Shown: positions 25,553-40,504, numbered from the stretch's first letter. The stretch is 64,000 nucleotides of DNA from Eledone cirrhosa (GCA_964016885.1 OZ024747.1:50158001-50222000), one strand, 5' to 3'. A program made the numbers and translations. The notes: a model not told the origin generated them from the letters alone.

Positions 25553-28292
25553 TCTGGAATGTAAGAACTTTACTTGATTCCCAATCCAGTGAAAGTCGCC
25601 CTGAAAGAAGATCTGCTTTGGTGTCGAGGGAACTCAATCGCTATAGCATGGACATCGTTGCTCTTTCTGAAACGAGATTAGCAGGTGAGGTTTAATTCAC
25701 AGAACAGAAGAGAGGATATACCTTCTATTGGAGTGGTAGAGCAGAGGGTTTAAAGAGTGAGGCAGGGGTCGCATTTGCTGTCAGGAATGGAATCGTCTCA
25801 AAGCTGGAAAATCTTCCTGGTAGATTCAAAACCGCTTTGTGACTCTGGTCAGTGTATACACTCCTACCAGTGATGATGAAAAACTAGATTTCTACATGTC
25901 TTTGAAAGAAGTCATCCATAGTATACCTTATGCAGACAAGATTGTCTTCCTTGGTGATTTTAATGCACGTTTTGGTAATAAGTGGGAAGCTTGGAGTGTG
26001 ATGGGCAAGCATGGAGTGGGAAAGTGCAATAACAATGGTCTACTTCTGTTGCAGATGTGCGATGAAATGGATCTTGTTGGGAACACGTTCTTTCAGCAGA
26101 AAGACAAATATAAGACACCTTGGATGCATCCAGGTTCCAAGAAGTGGCACTTTATTGACTTTGTTTTAACAAGGAAACGTTATGTCAGGGATATCACATT
26201 TGTTCGTGTATTGCGAGGCGCGGAATGTTGGACTGACCATCGTCTGGCGCTCGCCAAGTTTCAATTTGTTGTGAAGCCCAAAGTAACGGGGAAGAAGGTT
26301 GCACTTCCAAAACAACTACACGTAGCTCGTCTGAAGACAAAAGAAATCAGAACTGAGCTTTCGAAGTGTCTTGAGTCCATGGAATGTGAAAACACGTGGG
26401 AATCATTGAAGAAAACCGTCTGATGTTAGTGCTGGAGTTTTAGGTCATACTAATAGAAAGCATAAGGACTGGTTCAATGAAAATTATGCAGTGATCCAGA
26501 CTTTGCTTGATGAGAAACAAAAGTGTTGACATCATTGTTGTGTGGGACATATTCTAACAGAAGTGACCGGACCTTCAGGCAGGTAAAGACACGTGTGCAA
26601 CATCAATTGAGAGTCATGCAAGATACCAGGTGGAGAAAAAAGGCTGATGAAATCCAGAAAGCCTCAGATAAACATGATACAAAGCTCTTATACACAATCT
26701 GCTCAGGGAGGTGTATGGTTCAACTGGTCCACAAATATCATCACTTCGCTCGAAAGGTGGCAAGGAATTTCTCAGAGATCCAAAGGAAATCCTGATTAGG
26801 TGGCATGACCACTTTGATGAGCTCCTTAACAAACCATCAGAAATCGATGATGAGTTTATCCGGTCGATTCCATCTAAACCTATAAAGCTGGCATTGGCTG
26901 ATCCTCCTTCATTTGATGAGGTGACGAAGGCCATTGCCAAATTAAACAACAGCAAGTCACCTGAAATGGATGGACTGAGTGCCGAGATCTTCAAGTCTGC
27001 TGGTGATAACTTCTTAAACCGCCTCACTGATCTCTTTGTGAATGTTTGGAATGAAGAACATGTACCGCAAGACTGGAAAGATGCATTTATGGTGGAACTT
27101 TACAAAGGAAAGGGAGCCAAAGATGACTGTGGCAACTACAGAGGTATCTCGCTGCTATTTGTGGCTGGGAAGATCTTGTGCAGGATTTTGTTGGACAGAT
27201 TGATACAGCACATTGCTGTTGAGGTACTTCCTGAATCCTAATGTGGCTTTAGGAATGGCAGAGGCACTGTTGACATGGTCTTCTCGGCTAAACAACTTCA
27301 AGAGAAATGCATTGAGAAGAGCATGGACTTATACCAAGTTTTTGTCGATCTGACGAAGGCATCTGACACCGTAAATCGGAAGGCTTTGTGGTTTATTTTG
27401 GAGAGATTCGGCTGTCCTGGAAACTTTGTGAACATACTCAAGCTCTTCCACGATGACATACAGGCATGGGTAAACATCGGAGGTAAACTGTCTGTGCCAA
27501 TCTCGGTTGAAAATGGTGTCAAGCAAGGTGATATATCTGCGACAACTTTGTTTGCCTTGTATTTCGCAATGGTGTTCTTCGTGGCCTTCAAGGATTGTCA
27601 ATACGGTATCTATCTCAGATATCGCACTTCCAGCAAGCTGTTCAACCTCAGGCGTCTCACTGCCAACTCTAAGGTACCGAGCGCTTTGATCAGAGAATTT
27701 CTGTATGCAGATGATTGTGATCTCTTTGCACACGCCCAGAGTGACATGCAATACCTTATGGATTCTTTTTCCAATGCGTGTAGTGCTTTGGGACTAACAA
27801 TCAGTCTGAAGAAGACTGTCGTCATGTACCAACCTGCTCCGGATAAAGTTTTCAATGAAACCTCCATATATGTATACGGTCAAAAGCTGAAGGTTGCTGG
27901 CAGATTTGTGTATTTGGGGAGTACTCTGAGTGTGACCTGCTCTCTGGATGCAGAAGTTGGTCTGTGTGTAGTAAAGCAAGTGAGTCATTTGGAAGGCTCA
28001 GCGACCGTCTGTGGAGCAGTCGAGGAATCACAATGAAGACCAAGGTGAAAGTGTATGCCGCATGTGTATTATCAGCTTTGCTGTATGCGTGTGAGACATG
28101 GGTTGCCTACAAACAGCATATCAAAAGACTGGAACGATTTCACCAGTAGTGTCTCAGAAAGATGCTCGGTATCAAGTGGCAGATGCATGTCAGTGATGTT
28201 GAGGTCCTTGAGAGAAGTGAGTGTCGGAGCATTGAGAGTATCATCTACCAACGGCGTTGGCAATGGACCGGACGCCTCTGCAGAATGAAGGA
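25553..28292 (+). mobile_element. RTE-clade LINE (APE plus RT), degenerate
   Basis: WNVRTLLD..RPERRSALVSREL..DIVALSETR, GDFNA, WTDHRL, CGNYRGISLL, GVKQG, LYADDC, LLYACETW. Confidence 0.92.
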
Positions 28293-28839
28293 CGAGCAAT
28301 GAAATAACAGACGACGATATAGACAAGCAATGAAATAACAGTCGATGATATAGAGAAACAATCTCTGAAAATAATGGAAAAAGAAATCGAATGGACCAAC
28401 CCAGTTAATCAGATAATTTATAAAGAATTCAGACAAAACACTAATAAAAAACAAACAAACACACACACACACACAAATATTGAGATAAATGTTCAGACAA
28501 TATAGAGGGTCAAGTATAATATCAAATGAAACTTTAGCTGAAATATTAGATGAAACTTCGGATCAAATATTAGATGGAACTTTGATGAAACTTCAGATGA
28601 AGTATTAGATGAAATATTAGATGAAAATGAAAACTAAAGATTGAGACAATTAAATAAGCAGACAGTCGAAGAAAGTGATGGAAGAAAAATAAAATGGACG
28701 AGCCCAGTCCAGCCAAACCATTCATACAATTGAAGCAACCCAGATGGTCAAACTATCACACACATACACACACACACACACAGACACAGATACAGACAGA
28801 CATACACCCACAAACAGAGACACACACATTCACATACAC

Positions 28840-28929
<90 letters not shown>

Positions 28930-29421
28930 GTACACATACAGGCACACAAACACGGACGCACACAACCACACAAAAGAAAAAATACAAAAAAAAAAAAAGA
29001 AACAAGAAACAAACAAAACAGATAATCGGACAACCCAGGCGGTCAAACATAATAGATATAGGAAAGAATTAGATGAAAATGAAAACCCAACAAACAGACG
29101 ATCAAATAAGCAGCAGACGACCAGATCGACAGAAAACCAAATAGGCAGACGACCAGATAGGCAGACGATCTAAGAAAATAATGGAAGAAAAATAGAATGG
29201 GTGAAAAAAAAAAAAAAATACATAGATGCACACAAAAGACATGCAGCTGGCTTTGGCGATTTGAAATTATAGATTTCAAATATAAGGAATGACAAGAATG
29301 TACCGAACAGACAGAATCTGGGACAAATTCCTGATGTCCACTCGCTTCCCGCCTCTCTGGATTATTTATTTATTTGTTTATTTGTTTATTTATTATCAAC
29401 TCCAACGCCAACTGCCCATAG

Positions 29422-29490
<69 letters not shown>

Positions 29491-29538
29491 ATATATGCAC
29501 ACATATATATATCAAGGAGTACAGTTACGAAAGGTGTT

Positions 29539-29582
<44 letters not shown>

Positions 29583-29814
29583 TTATATATATATGTGTAT
29601 ATATATGTATATATATAAATACACACACACACATATATATAAATATAAGTGTATTGTGTATCTATATATACATATATACATATACACATATACACGTGGG
29701 GAGGTTAGTGAATGTGTCTCTCTCTCTATATATATATACACACACACATTCACTAACCCCCCCACCACATTTCTATTATCATTATTCTACCAATGTCCCC
29801 CATATTTCCATTTC

Positions 29815-31278
29815 CTCCACCAGCACCGCCACAATCATCACCACCACTACCACCACCACCACCACAACCACCACCACAACCACCGCCACCATCACTACCA
29901 CCAGCACCATCACCAGCACCGCCACAACCATCACCACCACCATCACCTCCACCACCACCACCACCACCACCACTAGCACCAACACCACCACCACCAAAAC
30001 CACTACCACCACCACCACCACCACCACCACCACCACCACCGACGCCACCACCAGCACCATCACCAGCACCACCACCACTCCAATCATGATCACCACCACC
30101 ACCACCACCACCACCACTACCACTACCACCACTACTTCAATCACCACCACTTCAATCACCACCACCAGCACCAACACCCCCACCACCACTACCACCACCA
30201 TCACTTCAATCACCAACACACCCCACCACCAACACTTCAATCACCACCACCAGCACTACCCCCACCACCAACACTTCAATCACCACCACCAGCACTACCA
30301 CCACCACCATCACTTCAATCACCACCACCAGCACTACCCCCACCACCATCACTTCAATCACCACCACCAGCACTACCACCATCACTTCAATCACCACCAC
30401 CACCATCACTTCAATCACCACCACCACCACCATCACTTCAATCACCACCACCATCACATCAATCACCACCACCACCAGCACTACCACCACCACCATCACT
30501 TCAATCACCACCACCAGCACTACCACCACCACCATCACTTCAATCACCACCACCACCACCATCACTTCAATCACCACCACCATCACATCAATCACCACCA
30601 CCACCAGCACTACCACCACCACCATCACTTCAATCACCACCACCACCACATCAATCACCACCACTACCAGCACTACCACCACCACCATCACTTCAATCAC
30701 CACCACCACCAGCACTACCACCACCACCATCACTTCAATCACCACCACCATCACATCAATCACCACCACCACCAGCACTACCACCACCACCATCACTTCA
30801 ATCACCACCACCACCACATCAATCACCACCACCACCAGCACTACCACCACCACCATCACTTCAATCACCACCACCATCACATCAATCACCACCACCACCA
30901 GCACTACCACCACCACCATCACTTCAATCACCACCACCACAACCACCACCACTACCACCACCACCACCACCACCACCACCACCACCACCACCACCACCAC
31001 CACCACCACCACCACTACCACCACCACCACCACCTCCACCACCAGCACTACCACCACCACCATCACTTCAATCACCACCACCATCACATCAATCACCACC
31101 ACCACTAGCACTACCATCACCACCATCACTTCAATCACCACCACCACAACCACCACCACTACCACCACCACCACCACCACCACCACCACCACCACCACCA
31201 CCACCACCACCACTACCACCACCACCACCACCTCCACCACCACCACCACCACCACCACCACCACCACCACTACCACCA
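29815..31278. repeat. (CAC)n-based higher-order repeat (caccatcacttcaatcaccac units)
   Basis: Direct inspection. Confidence 0.95.
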
Positions 31279-31982
31279 TTTAAAACACTTTTTATGTTAT
31301 TTTTCATTTTCTATATTCTTGAGCTTTCCCATTTTAGCTCGTGTGACCTTTTCGACTCCCCCCCCTCCCGTTCCACCCGACACCACTAGGCCACACCACC
31401 ACCACCACCACCACCACCACCACCACCCACACCAAACACTGTTTCATAGCTAACCACCCCCTCGGGGGAGTTCGTTCACCAAATGTAGAACTGCTCCTCA
31501 CGTTGCATGTAGGCATATCAAGCCAGTTAAGGCGAGCACATGTGATTAAATTCAGCACGAGATATATATACTACACACGCACACATAAACACATACATAC
31601 CCACAAACACATACACACACACATACACACAAGCGCACACACACACACACACACATACATACAAACACAAACACACAAGCACATACACACGCACACGCAT
31701 GTATGTATGTATGTATGTATGTATGTATGTATGCATGTAGGTAGGTAGGTAGGTATTATATGGGCATTTATGTATGCATACATGCGCACAGCTATACATT
31801 TGAGTATACATGCACACTCGCACACACACACACAGATATATATATATGTATATGTTTATATATACATACATAATATGTATGTATGTATATATATATATAT
31901 ATATACAGGACAAAGACAAGGGGAAAACAACGGAAAGACGGATAGACCCATCTCCTTAGCCAACCTCTCGTAATCACTACGG

Positions 31983-32021
<39 letters not shown>

Positions 32022-32027
32022 TACAAA

Positions 32028-32200
32028 GTTTAATAGGGAAATGGCTGCTACAGGAATAGAACTGTTTCATTCAAAAGAAATCATCAGGAAGCCAGTTCTA
32101 GTCTAATAGAAGCCATTTCTATATTAAACTTAATGTTTACACTCTACTAATATGTTGAGTACCTTATTAACTGTGGTTATCCTTGATTGAACCCAGGTCT
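32028..32200. repeat. PLE-type repeat with hammerhead (32044-32092, minus) and fold-back
   Basis: Minus strand cttc-CTGATGA-tttcttttgaat-GAAA-cag..ctg-TA-gcag; homologous to 5225-5444. Confidence 0.8.
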
Positions 32201-32244
32201 CTCTCTCTCCCTCTCTCTCTCTCTCACACACATACACACACACA

Positions 32245-32283
<39 letters not shown>

Positions 32284-32579
32284 AAACTTGGTCAATTTGA
32301 AGATCATAAATCCATACACATTTACCTACATTCAACAAAAATCTATTAACTGAAGAATTCAAAATCCGCAAAGCTTTTAATTGAACTTCAGAAGCAATTC
32401 ATTACTGTAAAAATTTTATAAATTAACCATTATCCTAGTAAATAATTTTACTCTTAAAATTCTTCAGATAACAATTAATTAAGGACTTCCGAAATTATGC
32501 AAATTTCAAGCCTTCCATGTTTTTCTTCGACGTCATGATTTTTTCTATAGTTTTTGTAAAGTTATGTCAAATCTTCATA

Positions 32580-33060
32580 ACTATGTTTCTTTCTGAAGAG
32601 GTACAATAATTTCATCAACGAAATCTACGTATCTCTGTAAGCAAACTTTAATCTTTCTGCGGGCTCTTAGATGACTACTGAACCCTGCCTTATTCTTGAG
32701 CCTTGCGTGGCAGATATGGTACGGAATTTGGACAGCTACATCACCAACAAGAGCTGCCTCTTTGTGCATTCAACTACCATGAATTTTCTGCCCAGTAGCA
32801 GATGTGTATATCCTTAAACATGTAGGACCGCAATGTTGAAACATGGCTGATTGAATTGCCTGTCACCGAAGACCTTGTCTTGGGCTCCTGGTTGACAAGA
32901 CGGGACTTTGAAAGCGTGGTTCGTCCTGGCGTGTATTTTCTCTTGGTTGACAAGACCGGACTTTGAAAGAGGTTCCTCGACATTGAGTGCAGGTGTGATC
33001 ATCTTTAGTTTCCCCGCCGTATAGGAGATCGACAACTTGCAGCTTTCGAGTATTGCTCTT
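32580..33060 (-). mobile_element. Decayed RTE-like 3' fragment
   Basis: LLYG motif and ICHARLKNKAGFSSHLRA finger remnant; internal duplication ttggttgacaagac..gactttgaaag. Confidence 0.4.
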
Positions 33061-33317
33061 CATCATTTGGTAACCTCCTTAGTGTAATGGTTAAAGCAGT
33101 CGCCTGGCATCCGAGAAATGCAGGGATAGTGTTGCTGTTGTTGTTGTTTAGCCTCAAGTCAGCCCTAGTCCATCAGATCTATGATGAACGGTATTCCAGC
33201 CACGACCATCATGTCTTTTAGGGCATTATCTTATATGCTCTTGCCTGATTTACGATAGTAAGGTGCGATTTGATGGAGGTTTGGTGGTTATTTCTAAAAT
33301 GTCCAGTTGCAATTTTT

Positions 33318-33765
33318 GAGGGTAGGTGGTAGTGATGGCTATAAGTGGGGGGTAGGTGGTAGTGATGGCTACAAGTGAGGGGTAGGTGGTAGTGATGGCT
33401 ATAAGTGGGGGGTAGGTGATAGTGATGGCTATAAGTGGGGGGTAGGTGATAGTGATGGCTATAAGTGGGGGGTAGGTGATAGTGATGGCTATAAGTGGGG
33501 GGTAGGTGATAGTGATGGCTATAAGTGGGGGTAGGTGATAGTGATGGCTATAAGTGGGGGGTAGGTGATAGTGATGGCTATAAGTAGGGGGGGGGGTGAT
33601 AGTGATGGCTATAAGTGGGGGGGGGGGTAGGTGATAGTGATGGCTATAAGTGGGGGGTAGGTGATAGTGATGGCTATAAGTGGGGGGTAGGTGATAGTGA
33701 TGGCTATAAGTAGGGGGTAGGTGGTAGTGATGGCTATAAGTGGGGGGTAGGTGATAGTGATGGCA
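33318..33765. repeat. About 30-bp minisatellite, roughly 15 copies
   Basis: Unit gggggtaggtgatagtgatggctataagtg. Confidence 0.95.
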
Positions 33766-34289
33766 AGGGGTAGATGAGAAGGGGAGTTGGGTTGAAAGAG
33801 GGTAGGTGATGATAATAGCTTGAAAAAGGCAGAAGGTGAGGTGATGGTGATGGCGTCAAAGAGGAGGGGGGGTAGGTGATAGTGGTGATGGTGTGAAGTA
33901 AGGAGTAGGTGATGGTTTGCAAATGGGAGGTGATGGTGTAAAGCAGAGGAATGAGGTGATGGTGATGGTTTAAAACGAGGAGCAGGTGATGGTGATGGTG
34001 TGAAGCAGGGAATAGAAGTGATATTGATGGTGATGGTTTAAAACAGGGGGCAGGTAATGGTGATGGTGCGAAGCAGTGGATAGAGGTGATGGTGATGGCT
34101 AATGTATGGTAAAAGCTTGAAATGTTGATGTCATTGGTTTGAATGAGAGAGAAGGGGGTGGTAGTAGCAGAGACTATGGAGTAGGCTTAAAGCTAGATGT
34201 TGGACAGTAGAGAGGGGAGGGTTTAAATGGTCAGTGAAAACGGAGGATTTTATATTTGGATATTGAAGTTGCTTTTGTTGCTGGTTTTA

Positions 34290-35082
34290 AAGGTGGTGTT
34301 GGTGGTGTATGGAGTGGTGATGGTGGTGGTGTTGGGGGGGGGGGGGGGGTAGTGTTGGCGTTGGTGATGGTGGTGTTGGGAGTGGTGCTGGTGGTATTAG
34401 AGGTGGTGGTGCTGGTGATGGTGATGGTGGTGTTGTTGGTGGTGGTGTTGGGGGGTAGTGTTGGCGTTGGTGATGGTGGTGTTGGCAGTGGTGCTGGTGG
34501 TATTAGAGGTGGTGGTGCTGGTGATGGTGCTGGTGATGGTGTTAGGGTGGGGGTGGGAGTGGTGGTGTTGGGGTAGTGTTGGCGTTGGTGACGGTGGTGT
34601 TGGCAGTGGTGCTGGTGGTATTAGAGGTGGTGGTGCTGGTGATGGTGATGGTGGTGTTGTTGGTGGTGGTGTTGGGGGATAGTGTTAGCGTTGGGGATGG
34701 TGGTGTTGGGAGTGGGGCTGGTGGTATTAGAGGTGGTGGTGCTGGTGATGGTGATGGTGGTGGTGGCGTTGTTGTTGGTGTTGTGGGTAGTGTTGGCGTT
34801 GGTGATGGTGGTGTTGGCAGTGGGGCTGGTGGTATTAGAGGTGGTGGTGCTGGTGATGGTGATGGTGGTGGTGTTAGGGTGGGGGTGGGAGTGGTGGGAG
34901 TGGTGGTGTTAGGGGTGGTGGTGGTAGTGGTGGTGTTAGGGTTAGGGTGGTGGTGGTGGTTGTGGGGAGAGTGGTGGTGTTAGGGGTGGTGGGAGTGGGG
35001 AGAGTGGTGGTGGTAGTGGTGGTGTTTGAGGTGTTTGGGGTGGTAGTGGTGGTAGTGGTGGTAGTGGTGGGAGTGGTGATGG
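34290..35082. repeat. (GGT)n-based higher-order repeat
   Basis: Direct inspection. Confidence 0.9.
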
Positions 35083-35330
35083 CTAAAGAAGGAATGAAAG
35101 GGCAAGGAGGTATGGACAGATTGAGGTGAGATAGTGGGAGGAGAAAGGGTGAGGGGGTGAGTGGACTGATGGCGAATTTGAAATTGTACGAATGAGTAGT
35201 AGGGAGTGGAGTTGGAGTGAGAGGGTGGCGAGGAGTTGGAGGGGTGGAGTTGGAGTGAGAGGGTGGAGAGACTGGAGGAGTGATGAAAACTAAACGGACA
35301 CACCCAACATCGATGATGTCAGAGTATGGC

Positions 35331-35472
<142 letters not shown>

Positions 35473-35485
35473 CTATCTATCAATC

Positions 35486-36365
35486 TGTAGTAACGGTGAT
35501 CAGGGAAGATGAGAACAAGGGGGATGAGATAAGCAATTTCAGACCCATAACTCTGCTAAACACAGAGTTAAAGATTTTGGCCAAGGTGTTAGCAACGAGG
35601 CTGGTGCTTGTCGTCGAGAACCTGGTAGGGGAAGCGCAAACGTGTGCAATCTCGACCAGGTCTATACACGACAACCTCCACCTCATGCGATACATCATAG
35701 AGAGGGTAGGGTGTAAACCTGGTTTCAGTGGGGCTCTGATCAATTTAGATCAGTCTAAGGCATTTGATAGGGTCGACCATCAATACTTGGAAGCGGTTCT
35801 CAAGGCGGAAGGCATCGGTCCCGACTGCTCGGCAGTCAAGGTGAATAGCTACCTATCGGAGCCATTCCAAATCGTACGTTCCATCCGTCAGGGATGCCCT
35901 CTCTCCTCCATTCTGTATGTACTGACTCTCGAGCCATTACTGCGAAAGGTGGAGCTGTTGCAGGGCATCCCGATCGAACCAGGATTGCGAAAAGCAGCGT
36001 CGGCCTATGCCGACGACGTAACCGCAATGGTGTCGAAAACCTCGAATTACAGGACTGTAGAATTACAGGACTACGAAACGTTGACAGGAGCAAGACTAAA
36101 CCCAAACAAGTCTGTCAGTTTGCAACTCGGCACATGGAGAGGCAAATCCATGCCTTCCGACAGTGTCGTTGGACGCTGGACGGAAGGACCGGTGAAATTA
36201 CTCGGGGTCTGATTTGGTCCAGACCTCCAGATGGAGAAAAACTGGAACGAGGTCACGGCTAAGGTATTTGGGGTCACCCAGAAGTGGGCAGAGAGCAAAC
36301 TATCATTGAAAGGTCGAGCGGAGGTGGCGAACACTTACATAGCGTCCGTCATCTGCTACCGCTTG
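35486..36365 (+). mobile_element. L1/Tx1-like RT core fragment
   Basis: NFRPITLLNTELKILAK, LDQSKAFDRVDH, IRQGCPLS, AYADDVT. Confidence 0.92.
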
Positions 36366-39300
36366 TTTGCTGGTAAGTTTTTTGTTAATTTTGTATGCAA
36401 AAACAGGAATTTTTTGTTGAAAAGTATATTGTTTTGTAGATTAACACCCCGTCTGAATTGTCAGTGGCTGGGTCACTGGTTTCACCTTCTTGGCGAAAAA
36501 CTTTGTTTGAAAAACTTTTTAAAAGAAAAAAATTATTTTAAAATCAAAAATGTCTAGCGAAGAAGAGACTCTAGTCTCAACTGCTATAGCAAGTGGGCAG
36601 AGGGAGGTGATAGTTAACGTTGCCAAGCCGTCTGCCTACATAGGCGTCACTATAGTTACAAATAGTAACAACAAAGTTACAGACAGTAACAACAAAGTTT
36701 TTCGCCATGACGATGGAACCAGTGATTCACCAAATAAACCAAGGACCACAGAACAGAAAACAAACACCACAGCTAAACACAATTTCCACAACCAAAAATC
36801 AAACAACAAATGATAACGACAACAACAACAACAACAATACCAAAAAAATATCTTTCGCTGAAACAGCAGCCAAAAGGCAACAATTTCCAATGCCAACGAA
36901 ATGCTAAAACAAGCAAAATAATTCGTCATATTTGAAGAAAAGGGTAGGTTTAAAATAAACTTACCCCCCGAAATTCGAAATGAGACTCTTCGAAAAACGG
37001 TCACTTTCAGGACAGTCTCAAACACCACAAGAAATTGAAACAGTGTTGAAGGAGGCACTGCCGGATATCGATTTTATGCAGAGGGCCAGACAGTATGGAA
37101 GTATTTCGGTGCTTCTCAAAAGCGAGGCCCTCGCACAAAAATATTCGGTGACTGCGGTAACCTCTGCAAATTACACCTTTTTCCCTACATACCTGGGAAA
37201 AGGACACAAAAAATAAAAATTTCAAATATACCACTAAATATCAATATTTGGTGGATTTTGGCAGGGTCTTGGAGAAGGGAGAGGACACCATCCTCTCCGT
37301 TAGAAAATCAATCAGACACACGTGGACCGGTATCAGTTTGGAGGTTTGGGTACAAATGAAACCGGAGAGAATTTCAAAGATTCCAGAGAGGGTACCAGTG
37401 GACAACAACAACCACATATTTCTACTGAAGGAGGAAGGCCTCACTGCTTTCGGTATTCCAGCACATCGCATTTAAAGGCCTCTTGTCCTTTACAAACAAA
37501 CATAAACAAACACAAAAAAATACTTTTACCAACACCAAAACCACAACAACAACAGCAACACACAGAATAAGCAAACACACAAAAACAAACAACTGCTCAA
37601 CCACAAACAACAGAAAAAACACAGACAATTCCCCTGAAAAACACAGTCCCACCCCATCTCACTCCATCCAATACTACCACAACCACACACACAAACACAC
37701 CATCACCGCACGCCCCTGATGACGATTTGTCATCAGACGAGGCTACTTCTCCATCCCCCAAGCGAGGATGAAGGAGAGCTTCGGAAATCCCCAAAACAAA
37801 AAAGAGACACCGCAAGGCCACAAAAACACCAATCACCAACAGAAACACACAACCACCAACACAAACAACAACGCAAATAACACCACAATCAAACCTCCTC
37901 TACCAGCAAAACAAACACCAACACCATCCCAAACACACATAAAAAGAAAATTGCAAAATGAACAACAAACAAAAACAAAACAACAAAAATATAAACTACA
38001 GTACACATACATTAACACCAATAATAAAAACTTTGGAGGTCATCTCCAAAGACCCCAAAGTAGAAACCAAGGGGAAAACTTTCGTCAAATCAGACACGGC
38101 ACCACACCTAAAACTGATAAGAGTTTCGATGGAAACCTACCAGAAACTCAAGGGTCAATTTTCGCAGGACATCGGGAACCCTTGCCCAAAACCCATTAAC
38201 CGCGTCCTCTTGAAACGTTTTCCCACCGCTATACAACACCCAAATGGAGATTGAACAACCCCATCTCCAGGAAACGAAAAGGTAAGTGCATGTTTTCGTC
38301 CTTTTCGCCAACTTCTCTCCACCAACATGGCAAATTTACGAGTTGGAAGTGTGAATGTGTGTAGCCTAGGGATTCCCTGGAAAGAGGGCCAACTTTTAAA
38401 CGACCTTAGGCCACAAGGTATGGATGTGATAGCCATCAGCGAGTCCAGGATCCACAACAAGCAGCGAGTAACCCCCATCTTTAAGGACTTTGAGATCTAC
38501 GCATCTCTCTGTCAGGAAGGAGGTGGAGGGGGAGTGGCTGTTATGTTTCGGAAAAACCAGTATCTCGAAATACAGCAAATACACTTTGACCCGGAGGGTA
38601 GACTGGTGGTCCTAGACGTGAACAATGTTGAAGGTGGAGTCTTCAGACTGGTGGCCGTTTATGCCCCGACTGGGAGATCGCGGCCAGGCTTCTTTAAGCG
38701 TCTAGAGTCTTTTCTGGGAACGTCTCGCTCCTTGCTTTTAGTGGGGGACTGGAATGGTATCCTGGACGCACGTTGGGACTATGTAGGAACATATCCCAGT
38801 AGAGGGGGGTGCAACAGCCTCAAAAATTTAATCGGCCAATTCCAACTAGCCGATAGGTATCGACTAGATTTCCCATCTGCACCACAGTGAACGTGGACAA
38901 ACCGCAGTGGAACATCTAGATCGTATTTAGATAGATTCTTAATTAGAGAGAGAGACAGGAAAATGTTAAGCTGTTCACAAATGTACATGGTTGCCTATTC
39001 GGACCACAAACTAGTCACCTGCATAGTCAACCATGATAGAACGCATTGACAAGGACCCGGATACTGGAAGCTGAACATGTCGTTACCGACGCGTAAAGCC
39101 TACAATAGACGGATAAGTAGTTTAGTTAAGCACCAGTTGACGGGAGCCATCGTCAACAATAGGTGGTGGTGCTCTCCCAAAAGAGCAATTAGAGTAGAGT
39201 CCATAGCTTTTAGCAAAGAACTAGCCTAAAGATAAAACAGAAAGAGAACTGGTAGCCAAGGTAGATGAGGCGCTTAGGAGTGGCAACGCAGCTAGAGCGC

Positions 39301-39811
39301 TATCAGCGAGAACGGCACTGGACCAGTTCTTCGATCCGAAACACGAAGGCTGCGTTGTCAGGAGTAGATCACGTGCTCTAGGAAACGAGTGAGCAAATGC
39401 TGTTAGCTGGGCCCGAGTGGCAGAAGCGAAAAATGGCAACATGTCCACGATTCAGTCTTTGAAAGACCAAAACGGACGCGTGCTACTTAATTCCAGGCAG
39501 ATGCGCATGGCCTTTCAGCGGCACTTTGCACAACTGTTCGAGCAGAGCGGTGTGCCGAAAGGGACAATGGACTTCGGTTCATACTCGAAGGCCTACCATA
39601 TCTCTCGAGCATGGACCCCAAGTTCTGCGAAAGACCGATGACAGCCATTGAGATACGGGACGCTCTAGGCCGCTGCAGTCTAGATGGTCTACCCTATGAG
39701 TTTTACATAGGCATGCCGGACTTGTTCTCTGGCGTCCTCGAAGCCGACCACTGCAACTGGCAGCAGAACGGGAGAATTTCCAGTTCTGTAGGCAGGGATG
39801 TAGTAACGCTG
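36366..39811 (+). mobile_element. L1/Tx1-like LINE 5' part (5'UTR, ORF1 with zinc-knuckle remnant, APE, RT N-terminus)
   Basis: PHCFRYSSTSHLKASCP knuckle; VGSLNV-like start, ISESR, VAVYAP, VGDWNG, SYLDRF, SDHK, GPGYWKLN, LDGLPYEFY. Confidence 0.88.
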
Positions 39812-39954
39812 GGAGATGGTGGTGTGGTGGGGGATATGGTGGTGTTGGGTATGAGATGGTGTTGTTGGGTGGGAGATGGTGGTGTGGTGGGGCAATGGTG
39901 GGGTCGGGTGGGAGATGGTGTTGTTGGGTGGGATATGGTGGAGATAGAAATAGT

Positions 39955-40285
39955 CGGGCTGGACACCCGATCGTGCGGTTAAACCACTGGGAGTGAAGGA
40001 CCCCCTAGCCTTTGTCACGGCATTCTTCTAGGAGAAGGCAACTCACGAAACTGGGATAACTCCGATATAAAACCTGCGGCTCAGTAGTTACCGATGATGT
40101 TGATCTTTTCTTCTTTTCAGGTTATAGCTACTGTCGCTCATACAGTGGGATTGGCTCAGTGCACAGTCTTTCCTCACTTTAAAAAATATCTTCATGCAGA
40201 GGCATTGCACGATAGAATTAATTGATAATTATTGATAATGGTATATCGTGCAATGGCCATACTCGATAAGGAGGGGGCAGCCATC
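39955..40285 (+). mobile_element. Non-autonomous RTE-related element
   Basis: Shares ccccctagcctttgtc..ttctaggagaagg and the tggccatactcga..ggcagccatc end with 24822-25430; (TATG)n tail. Confidence 0.65.
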
Positions 40286-40462
40286 ATGTATGTATGTATG
40301 TATGTATGTATGTATGTATGTATGTATGTATGTATGTATGTATGTATGTATGTATATATATATATATATATATATACACAAATATATATATATATATATG
40401 TGTGTATATATATATATATATACGCAAATATATATATATATATGTATGCATATATATATATT

Positions 40463-40504
<42 letters not shown>

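Noticed and set aside
29495-31279. 537-aa Thr/His-rich and 357-aa Val-rich ORFs
   Set aside because: Translations of a (CAC)n repeat that is open in several frames; no domain or splice evidence.
33070-33130. tRNA gene
   Set aside because: Only an A-box/D-arm-like half; no complete cloverleaf; likely a SINE head. The same applies to SINE A and B heads.
33318-33765. CRISPR-like array
   Set aside because: Tandem units without unique spacers; eukaryotic context; no cas genes.
34936-34947. Telomeric TTAGGG repeat
   Set aside because: Only two units within GGT-rich low-complexity sequence.
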